A DNA stretch of 64,000 bases. Origin: an uncultured Bacteroidia bacterium (lineage in GTDB: Bacteria; Bacteroidota; Bacteroidia; Bacteroidales; F082). Positions 9,712 to 17,899 of the stretch are shown one piece after another (position 1 is the first letter of the stretch; each line of letters opens with the position of its first letter). A program made the position numbers and the translations under genes. The stretch lies in assembly GCA_913009755.1 (NCBI GenBank), contig CAJVWU010000001.1, positions 60,494-124,493 of the forward strand. The letters are read 5' to 3'. The notes beneath the pieces were generated by a model. It searched no databases, had not been told where the DNA came from, and saw nothing but the letters and a program-made list of their open reading frames with translations.

Positions 9712-10449
9712 TTACTGCATTAACTTTCTAACCGTAAAATCATCATCTGAAAGTCCCTGATCATAAACAACATCACTGACCACCATTTTTGTAACATGAT
9801 CCTTCTTCAAATCTTTCATTATTATTTCTTTTGAGGTCCAGTATTTTCCCACTTTTTCGAATTGATAAGTTGCTTCTTTGACGTTTTTTCCCACCTTATC
9901 AAAATATTCGGTAGTTACAGGATAAAAATTTTGTTTATTGATTTTCATCACCAGTTTTGAATAATCAGATTTCAATTCCGGCTTAGGAACTAACTTTAAC
10001 GTATAAGTTTCGTCATCCTGGCCAATCAGATCAGGATCATATTTTGAAGTGTACGGCTTGGCTTCCATATCATCATAAGAAAAATCTGTTCCTGCAAATT
10101 TCTGGTTCTTTACCGACGAGGCAATCCTCCTTTCTTTTCCAAAAGCAGGCATGTATAAATACATCACATCTTTGGGCAGCGATAAAAAAGCTATGCCTGC
10201 GTAAGATGCGGGACTTGTAAAACGAAACAACCGCATATTATTTCCTTTTTCCAAAACATCTGCGTTACGCGTACTTTCTTCTCCGTTCTTATCAATCAGA
10301 GTTATTGTGACCTTGTATTGTTGGTCTTTTGCCGAATACAAAACTTCATCGAGTTTTTGAAGGATTTCATTTGCATCTTGTGCTTTTGCACTAAATCCAA
10401 CTAAAAGGAATAATGCACTTACTAATACTGATAATTTTACTGTTCTCAT
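9712..10449 (-). CDS. LolA-like outer-membrane lipoprotein-sorting/carrier protein
   Basis: Signal peptide. RLFRFTSPASYAGIAFLSLP, MYLYMPAFGKERRIASSVKNQKFAGTDFSYDDME and LSDDDFTVRKL are typical of the LolA_like family that accompanies MMPL transporters. Confidence 0.75.
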   Translation of the reverse strand: MRTVKLSVLVSALFLLVGFSAKAQDANEILQKLDEVLYSAKDQQYKVTITLIDKNGEESTRNADVLEKGNNMRLFRFTSPASYAGIAFLSLPKDVMYLYMPAFGKERRIASSVKNQKFAGTDFSYDDMEAKPYTSKYDPDLIGQDDETYTLKLVPKPELKSDYSKLVMKINKQNFYPVTTEYFDKVGKNVKEATYQFEKVGKYWTSKEIIMKDLKKDHVTKMVVSDVVYDQGLSDDDFTVRKLMQ

Positions 10450-10466
10450 TTTACTTAAATTTTATG

Positions 10467-11297
10467 TTAATGATTTAATTTATATACTTGTTCTTTTACT
10501 TTTTGTGCCCACGCTCTATAGGTTAATGTATTATCAAAAGATTTATATGAAATTGGTTTTCCAATGGTGACTTTTATTGTTTTATTTCGTTTTTTATACA
10601 TTTCACGAGGCAAGAGTATCAACTCAAGAGTCGTTTTTATTCCGAATATTTGCCTGAATAAATAGATGCCATAAAACAGAATCGAATTTCTACCACTAAC
10701 CTTTATTGGTACAATGTCTCTTTTGTTTTCAATAGATTTTTTAACAAAGCTCTTTTTCCACTCTCCATCTTGAATTTTTCTTTTTTTAATTCTTGATACG
10801 ATACCGGCAGGGAAATTTGTAATAGGCAAATCGGACTCATAAACTTCTTTTAATTTTGCAATATGTTGTCTTGAATTTTTTTCAAAAACATTTACATAAA
10901 AAGTAATTGGATTTAAATTTTTAACATATTTCAAATAATCATTACTTATAATTCTTAAGTCACCATATTTTTTTCCTACTATTGAAAGTATAATTAAACC
11001 ATCAATCAAACCAAATGGATGATTGGAGACAAAAATGCAGTTTCCATTTATTGGTAAATTCGATTCTCCTGTAATATCAACTTTAACATTGAGGTACTCT
11101 AATACTTTAGGTGGAAAATCAACACCGACATAATCTGAATTATCGCAAAAAAGCTTATTAAGACTTTTTTGCCTTATAATTATGGCAATAGCTTTTATAA
11201 AGATATCCGGTAAGCTCTTCAAAAATTTTGAATCACTATTTTTAATGATAGGTGCAATATCTATAGTTTTCACACTATTTGCAATTTTGCTATTCAT
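10467..11297 (-). CDS. Lysophospholipid acyltransferase (LPLAT) family protein
   Basis: NHPFGLIDG box (a variant of the acyltransferase H..D box) and FPAGIVSR. Similar in size and motifs to OlsA/GlsA-type O-acyltransferases (from memory). Confidence 0.65.
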   Translation of the reverse strand: MNSKIANSVKTIDIAPIIKNSDSKFLKSLPDIFIKAIAIIIRQKSLNKLFCDNSDYVGVDFPPKVLEYLNVKVDITGESNLPINGNCIFVSNHPFGLIDGLIILSIVGKKYGDLRIISNDYLKYVKNLNPITFYVNVFEKNSRQHIAKLKEVYESDLPITNFPAGIVSRIKKRKIQDGEWKKSFVKKSIENKRDIVPIKVSGRNSILFYGIYLFRQIFGIKTTLELILLPREMYKKRNKTIKVTIGKPISYKSFDNTLTYRAWAQKVKEQVYKLNH

Positions 11298-11402
11298 AAC
11301 ATCAGAATTTATTTCTCTGTAATTAATTCATATATAATTATTTGCTCTTTTAAAAAATACTTTGTTTTTCTTTATTAAAAGTTAAATTATTGCCTAAACA
11401 TT

Positions 11403-13655
11403 TTATGGTTTTTCTTTTGCTTTGTTTGCAAGAATTAAGATTACGGGCAATAAGGTTAAAGCCCCGAGTCCTGAACCAACCATGCTAAGGGCAACTAACA
11501 AACCAAAATTTTGTATAGGAACGATATGTGAAAAAGTTAATACAAGAAAGCCCAATGACACTGAAATAATATTGATAATAATAGCCTTGCCGCTAATCAT
11601 AATACTGTCTTTTACTGATTCATCCATATTTTTAACTTCATCAAACTTTTTTGAAACATGAGTGATAATATGGATTGAGTAATCAATACCCATACCGAGG
11701 GCAACACTCGCCACGAGCACTGTTGCAATATCGAGTGCAATACCGCTAACTCCCATAAAGCCAAACAAAATAATAATGGTAGCTATAATGGGTATTGCCG
11801 CATATATTCCTTTTGAAAAAGAATGTAATATTAAAGCGACAATTAAAACCACTAATAAAATAGCTATTGTCAGGCTGCTGAATTGACTGCGGATTAAAGA
11901 ATTATTTAACTTTACATATACCGAAGGCATACCTGTTAAAGTTATTTGGCAGTCATTGGAAGAATTCTCTTTTATGAATTTATTCATATAGGTTACAAAA
12001 TCTTTCATGTCTTTACTGTCGGCAGAAGCAAACTTCGATTGTATTATTCCCTCATCAAGTTTTTTGGTAACCAGTTGGTCCATTACATCCTGACCGTCCA
12101 GCAAAAACCACAGGTTTTCAATTTTGGCTCTTTCATCCGGTATCTTCTTTCCTTCACCCATCACATCGTTCATCTCTTCTATTAAATCCGCCACCGATTG
12201 TGTGGTAGAAATGTCCGGGTATTTTTTCATATAATTTTCTGTTTTAACCATTTTTTTTAAAACATCCGGGCTCTGCATATCTCCCTTAAATACAACGAAA
12301 ACAGGTAATGAACCGCCAAATTCTTTCTGCATGATATCTTCCGTAACCCTGGTGGGATCATTTTTATGAAAATAGTCTGCCATATTAATGCTGGTTTTAA
12401 TATTAAATATCCCCCATATACTAATTGCCATCAAAACAATCCAGGCTACGGTAATATATTTTGGATGCTTTACAATAAGATTGGAAAAAGGGGTAAGTAA
12501 CATTTTACCCATAAAAGTATCTTCTGAACTTTTATGTTTCTTTAAAGCTTTTGTGGATTTATACATCGCAAATGCAGCGGTAACAGCGGGAGGAAATGTA
12601 ACGGAAATCAATAATGCAAATAATACCCCGAGAGAAGTAAAAATTCCAAAATCCCGGATCATGGTAAGGTATGCACCGAAAATAAATGACGCAAAACCGA
12701 ATACGGTAGTAATACCGGATAGAAATACAGGTATAATAATATAGGCTAAAGAAATTATTAATGCTTTCCGCCGGTCTTTTTCTTTACATTCGTTTATCCT
12801 GTTGATAACATGTATGGTATAAGCGCTGCCAACTGCAAGTAATATGACAGGCATATTGATTGAAACCAAATTTAATTGATAACCCAATAATTGCATAAGC
12901 CCCAAAACCCATACTATAGAAATACTTGCTGTTAAAAGAGGTAAAATAACACCACGGGCAGACCTGAAACTTATTAAAAGAACTAACATTATAACAACAA
13001 ATGCAATAGGCAATAAATTCCTCAAATCAACCAACATTAAGTTCGACACATCATTCATCATCATTGGTAAACCGCCAAAACTTATTTTTTCGGGAAGATT
13101 TAGTCTTGTGATTTTTTCTTTTACTTCTTTTGCCACTACTTGTTTATCAGCATTGTCAAGCAGGGTAAACATAACAAGGGTTGCCTTCCCATCAGCAGAA
13201 ACGATGGAACCTTTATACATATCTTTTGAAAAAACATAGTTCTTTAAACTATCTAATTTTTGTTGTGTATCGGGTAAGTCATATTCATCAACGAGTTTGC
13301 CTATTTCAATGCCGCCATCCACATTTTTTATATCAATAATATCAGTCAGGCTCGTAACTGTTGAGATTCCATCAATATATTTAATAGTATCCGTTATTTG
13401 TTTAATGTCTTCTAATACTTTGGTGGTAAAAATATTATCGGCTTGAATAATAACCATACCCATGGTATTCCCACCATATTTATTACCGATATTTGTATAT
13501 AATACCGCGGTTGAATCATCGTCAGGCAAGGAATTGATAACATCTGAATCAATTGTTAAATTTGGAAGCCGGTAACCAAAAAATACGGTTAATCCAACTA
13601 CCACCACTATTATAAACCATTTTAATTTTACTATTAGTTCTGCTAATTTGTTCAT
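11403..13655 (-). CDS. MMPL/RND-superfamily lipid exporter (12 TM, two periplasmic domains)
   Basis: 750 aa. Two repeats, each with one N-terminal TM, a soluble domain of about 170-200 aa and a 5-TM bundle. It has GMGIDYSIHI and GSAYTIHV motifs. Confidence 0.85.
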   Translation of the reverse strand: MNKLAELIVKLKWFIIVVVVGLTVFFGYRLPNLTIDSDVINSLPDDDSTAVLYTNIGNKYGGNTMGMVIIQADNIFTTKVLEDIKQITDTIKYIDGISTVTSLTDIIDIKNVDGGIEIGKLVDEYDLPDTQQKLDSLKNYVFSKDMYKGSIVSADGKATLVMFTLLDNADKQVVAKEVKEKITRLNLPEKISFGGLPMMMNDVSNLMLVDLRNLLPIAFVVIMLVLLISFRSARGVILPLLTASISIVWVLGLMQLLGYQLNLVSINMPVILLAVGSAYTIHVINRINECKEKDRRKALIISLAYIIIPVFLSGITTVFGFASFIFGAYLTMIRDFGIFTSLGVLFALLISVTFPPAVTAAFAMYKSTKALKKHKSSEDTFMGKMLLTPFSNLIVKHPKYITVAWIVLMAISIWGIFNIKTSINMADYFHKNDPTRVTEDIMQKEFGGSLPVFVVFKGDMQSPDVLKKMVKTENYMKKYPDISTTQSVADLIEEMNDVMGEGKKIPDERAKIENLWFLLDGQDVMDQLVTKKLDEGIIQSKFASADSKDMKDFVTYMNKFIKENSSNDCQITLTGMPSVYVKLNNSLIRSQFSSLTIAILLVVLIVALILHSFSKGIYAAIPIIATIIILFGFMGVSGIALDIATVLVASVALGMGIDYSIHIITHVSKKFDEVKNMDESVKDSIMISGKAIIINIISVSLGFLVLTFSHIVPIQNFGLLVALSMVGSGLGALTLLPVILILANKAKEKP

Positions 13656-13719
13656 ACTTAAATTTTATTTATCAATTTATACTTTTATTGTTTTATAGTC
13701 AGTTATTTTCAAATTTTTT

Positions 13720-14274
13720 TTAGCTATATCTCTTATCTAAAGTAAAATTCTCTGGGTACTTCCCATTTACATCTTTATACATTTCACATATTTTTGATAT
13801 TGTTTTTTTCATATCACTTGTTTCTCTAATAACCCCTTTAATTCCAATTTCTTTTTTTTTATAATCAATATAACCAACTATTATAGGTACATCTGCCTTA
13901 TTTGCCATATAGTAAAATCCTTTTTTCCAATGATCAGTTTTTGCAAGTTGTCCTTCAGGAGAAAGGACAATATGTAATCTTTCACTTTCTTTAAATAGTG
14001 CAACAATTTCATTTATATAATCTTTATTTCGTGAAACAGGAATGGAACCATATAACCTGAAAAAATACTTTAATGGGAATTTAAAGAATTCCTTTTTCGA
14101 TAAGAATTTATAAACTATATCAATTTGCATAAGTAATAGTTTCCCATAAAACGCATCCCAATAGCTTGTGTGCGGAGCAAATATGATAACAGATTTCTTA
14201 AAATTTGGGAAAAAACCCATTACTTTCCATCCTAAAACAGATGTAAGGATATATTTAGAAATCGTTTCCATCAC
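13720..14274 (-). CDS. PlsC-type 1-acyl-glycerol-3-phosphate/lysolipid acyltransferase
   Basis: H(X)4D box in FAPHTSYWD and PEG box in LSPEGQL. 184 aa. Confidence 0.75.
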   Translation of the reverse strand: MMETISKYILTSVLGWKVMGFFPNFKKSVIIFAPHTSYWDAFYGKLLLMQIDIVYKFLSKKEFFKFPLKYFFRLYGSIPVSRNKDYINEIVALFKESERLHIVLSPEGQLAKTDHWKKGFYYMANKADVPIIVGYIDYKKKEIGIKGVIRETSDMKKTISKICEMYKDVNGKYPENFTLDKRYS

Positions 14275-14322
14275 ATTATTACTTGAACTAATATCGTTTT
14301 ACAGCCTTTTAATGAAAATGAA

Positions 14323-14965
14323 TTATCTTTTTAAAACATAAAACATATACTCAAATTCTCGTGTCACAAACTTATTGTATGTCAGTGTCCCCTCTGTTGC
14401 AGCAAAATTTCTACCTAAATATTGTAGAAGCTTTGGCATCAATTTCTTTATTAATTCTAGTCTGTCCTGTGAGGTTAATTTTAAAGCTTCAACTACATTA
14501 GAGGTAATTATTTCCTCTTTAATTAATTGTAAATTTGATCTTTTCAATTGTGTGGTTAGTTTTTCAAGCTCAAGATTACTCCTAAAAGTTTAGATTTTGT
14601 GCATCTGCCTGCGAAAATTTAATTCTTTCATTTGCATAATATTTTTTACAAAATTCAATGGCTTTATTACTCAAATCAACCCCGGTTACTAAACCTGGTT
14701 CCAAATAGCGATTAATGTATGATAAACCACCACCACGTCCGCAACCTACTTCTAAAATATCTTTCCCTTTTATATCTATTCCAGTTGCAACCAAATGGTA
14801 AAGTTGTATTGAGTATCTGTTTTTTTCATCATTTTCATCAAGTTTGATCTTATGTTTATCATTCGAGTAACCATAGTTCATGAAAATTACTTGTGCATTT
14901 CTATCAATTGTACTCAGATACCAGTACCAAATTCTGAAAAGGAAATTCTTTAGTTTATCTACCAT
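14323..14965 (-). pseudogene. Class I SAM methyltransferase (phthiotriol/PDIM-methyltransferase-like) with internal deletion and frame change
   Basis: N-terminal part 14582-14965 carries motif I (ILEVGCGRGGG) and ends ..FSQADAQNLNF*. The C-terminal part (frame open from 14589 down to 14323) is in another frame (14965-14547=418). Only about 35 nt separate the two parts, where about 45 codons (post-I to motif III) are expected. Confidence 0.7.
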
Positions 14966-14982
14966 AGTTTATAAAAACTAAT

Positions 14983-15534
14983 TTATTTAGTCCCTTCAAA
15001 AATAAATACGGGTGGTACATTTAGCAATGTGGCATTTAGGCTTGATTTTGAGAATCTTTCTTTGATCAGATGATAAATTAACAAGGAATACTGATAAGTA
15101 ATAAATTTCCCATTTTCTTTGAGTAAGGAATAAGACCTGAAAATGATCCTTCTCCTTTTTTTTCTGTCGAGAAAAGTAAACGGTATCGTTGAGATAATAT
15201 AATCTACTCTTTCAATTTTATATCGGTTTTTTAAAATCATTTTTGCTTCTTCAGCATCCGCATTAATTAAGATTAACCGTTTATCATTGATTTTAATCAA
15301 TTCATTAATAAAACTTTCATTGGTTTCAAATGCAAAAAGAACAGTGTCTTCACTCATTAGGTTGAGAAGTTGCTTTGTGATTACACCTTTACCCGGTCCA
15401 TATTCAACAAATACTTTTGCTTTTTCAAAGTCAATCTTATTTATAAAATCTTTTACAACATATTTTGAGGTGGATACTATCGCTCCAACATTTTTATCTT
15501 TTATCAGTTCTTTTATCAATATCATTTCTTTCAT
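14983..15534 (-). CDS. Small class I SAM methyltransferase, phospholipid N-methyltransferase (PmtA/COG3963)-like
   Basis: VFVEYGPGKGVITKQLL (motif I) and YIISTIPF. Length of 183 aa fits the family. Confidence 0.65.
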   Translation of the reverse strand: MKEMILIKELIKDKNVGAIVSTSKYVVKDFINKIDFEKAKVFVEYGPGKGVITKQLLNLMSEDTVLFAFETNESFINELIKINDKRLILINADAEEAKMILKNRYKIERVDYIISTIPFTFLDRKKRRRIIFRSYSLLKENGKFITYQYSLLIYHLIKERFSKSSLNATLLNVPPVFIFEGTK

Positions 15535-15583
15535 AATAATTTTGTACTTAAAGTGTTTTATAGTCGGTAATACGTAAAAAAAA

Positions 15584-16168
15584 TTATTTGCCTAAACCTT
15601 TTATTAAAATTCTTAATAAATCATCAAAATGCGGACTTAGGTCATCATATTTACCCTGTAAAAAAAATGGTATTTCAAGTCCTTTTAACACCATAATGAA
15701 CACATCAAGCAAAACCTCCATATTACCATTTTGAATCCTAAAAATGTCTTCGTCAATGCCCTGAAGTATAATACTTTTAAGTTGTTCTTTTTCCCAATTA
15801 TCCAAATCGTTTCTTAAACTGTCAATAAAATCAAAATGCTCAAAAAAGTCTGCTTTCAGCGTTTCATGATAATTGGCAGCAGAATCCAAAACTTCCATTC
15901 GTTTTATCAGGTACCTTTTAATTTTTTCATCTGCTTTCAATGTATTGTCATTGACAATGACAGATAATTGAGTTTTTAAATTATTAATTTCTTTTGCTAC
16001 AACTTCTGTGAACAGTTCCTCTTTACCGGCAAAGTGATAATACAACGAACCTTTGGCTTTTCTTGCTATTTTAGCAATCTCATCCATTGATGTTTTATAA
16101 AATCCGTAACGGCCAAATAGCCTGGAAGCTACAGTTATAATTTTATTTTTTGTATCATCAACTGCCAT
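15584..16168 (-). CDS. TetR/AcrR-family transcriptional regulator (first gene of the island)
   Basis: HTH segment GFYKTSMDEIAKIARKAKGSLYYHFAGKEELF. Confidence 0.85.
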   Translation of the reverse strand: MAVDDTKNKIITVASRLFGRYGFYKTSMDEIAKIARKAKGSLYYHFAGKEELFTEVVAKEINNLKTQLSVIVNDNTLKADEKIKRYLIKRMEVLDSAANYHETLKADFFEHFDFIDSLRNDLDNWEKEQLKSIILQGIDEDIFRIQNGNMEVLLDVFIMVLKGLEIPFFLQGKYDDLSPHFDDLLRILIKGLGK

Positions 16169-16222
16169 CTTATTTATTTAATCTATTTGACTATATCTGT
16201 TTAAGAGTACAAAGAAATGATA

Positions 16223-16272
16223 TTTTTTTAAAATGTCAAAATTTATTAACGGATTTTAACATTTTAAAAAAA
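16223..16272. promoter_or_regulatory. 50-bp AT-rich palindrome, candidate TetR operator
   Basis: Arms 16223-16242 (tttttttaaaatgtcaaaat) and 16253-16272 (attttaacattttaaaaaaa) are reverse complements at 19/20 positions, with a 10-nt spacer. It lies 55 nt upstream of the TetR start at 16168. Confidence 0.4.
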
Positions 16273-16301
16273 CAGATTTCTGATTTTCTGAGAGTAATGC
16301 T

Positions 16302-16628
16302 TCATTGTCCCTTTATTTTATAAAGAAAATGAGAGGCGTCACCAAACTTTTCGAAGGGAATATTAACGTACAATCCTTCGGAGGTGGAAAAAACGTCATC
16401 ACCGCTATATATCTTTCCTTTTGTCACCACCTTTCGGCCGTCAATTGATTCCACCCAGGCTTCAACTGTTACAACTGAGTTTACGGGAAGCATTTGAATG
16501 TATTCTACAATAATTTTTGCGGCAACCACCGTTTGCCCGGCTATCCAGGCAGCAAACCCCATGGCTTCATCCAGCACGGCTGCCATGCTTCCCCCGTGTG
16601 CGTGTCCGGGAGGACCCTGCGAAAACTG
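16302..16628 (-). pseudogene. PaaI/hotdog-fold thioesterase, 5'-truncated
   Basis: The frame reads *QFSQGPPGHAHGGSMAAVLDEAMGFAAW.. from 16628 downward. The catalytic-region motif GPPGH.HGG..A..LDE is present. The expected N-terminal 40-60 aa and any start upstream of the motif are missing (stop at 16629-16631). Confidence 0.7.
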
Positions 16629-17899
16629 TCATAATAAAAACCGTTGGGATGAAATTCATTTCGACCACAGCCAGACCGGCTATGAGCTTCAGGGCAAACA
16701 CAAGGAACAAAGTTGTCGTGCCTGTCATTTTAAGCCCCTTGCCAACGGGGGCACCTTGCAACAGTTCAAGGGTTTGACAGCAAGTTGCACCCAATGCCAC
16801 AAGGATGAACACCACAACCAATTTGCAACAAACGGCAAAAGCTGGAAAATTGACAGGAAAAATATTTCGTTCGATCACAACCTCACACAATTCCCGTTGC
16901 GTGGCGTGCACCAGGATGTAAACTGTGTGACCTGCCACCCCAGTCTGGTATTTTCGGAGGCTGAACCCGAATGTATGTCGTGCCACACCGACATTCACGA
17001 ACAAACCGTCGGCTTTGAATGCGGACGCTGCCATACGACTTCATCATGGATTGTTAGCGACATTATTGATATTCACCGGCATAGCCGTTTCCCTTTGCTC
17101 GGGGCACACGTTACAGCCGACTGTTACGATTGTCACAAAACAGCTTCTCTGTTGCGCTTCGACCCTCTTGGTGTTGAATGTATTGATTGCCACCGCGACA
17201 AGTATCTGGCCGCAACCAGCCCCAACCATGTGGAAGGCGGGCTACTCCACCGATTGTTCCGAATGTCATCAGATGAATTCATTTACCTGGACAGGGCCTA
17301 ATTTTACGCACAGCTTCTTCCCACTGACCGGGGGTCATGCCATCAGCGATTGTAGCCGTTGCCATACCGACCCCAACGACTATTCAAACATTTCACCTGA
17401 TTGTTTTTCATGCCATAGTAAAGATTACAACTCCACCACACAACCCAATCACCAGCAGGCCGGGCTTTCAACCAATTGTGCAAGCTGCCACAAGGGCGAT
17501 TACGACAACACGCCCAACACTTGCGTGGGCTGCCACCAAAGTGATTACGACCAAACCACCAATCCACCTCATGCGTCCGCACAGTTTTCAACTGACTGTT
17601 CGCTTTGCCATACGGAAACCGTATGGATCCCATCTACTTTTGACCACGACGGCCAGTATTTTCCAATTTACAGTGGCAATCATAATGGGGAATGGGAACT
17701 TTGTTCCGACTGTCATACAACGCCAGGTAACTACTCGGCCTTTAGTTGTATTGACTGCCACGATCACAATAAAGCCAACATGGATGAGGAGCACAGTGAT
17801 GTCAGCGATTATGTTTACAACAGTATTGCCTGTCTTGATTGCCATCCCAACGGCAGCGAAGATTTCAACAAAACACAGACAAAGTTTAAAATAAGATAA
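16618..17899 (+). pseudogene. Multiheme cytochrome c (about 17 CXXCH), 5'-truncated and frameshifted
   Basis: CXXCH motifs: CENCH, CRACH, CTQCH, CVTCH, CMSCH, CGRCH, CYDCH, CIDCH | CSECH, CSRCH, CFSCH, CASCH, CVGCH, CSLCH, CSDCH, CIDCH, CLDCH. There is no signal peptide. The frame upstream of 16618 is the antisense of the thioesterase. Reading passes from frame 1 to frame 2 at about 17236 (extra G in gaa-g-gcg-ggc-tac). Confidence 0.75.

Noticed and set aside
16498-16617. The apparent N-terminus (MYSTIIFAATTVCPAIQAANPMASSST..) of the cytochrome ORF.
   Set aside because: This stretch is the reverse complement of the conserved thioesterase core. It has no signal peptide and no heme motif, so it is open by chance and not part of the cytochrome.
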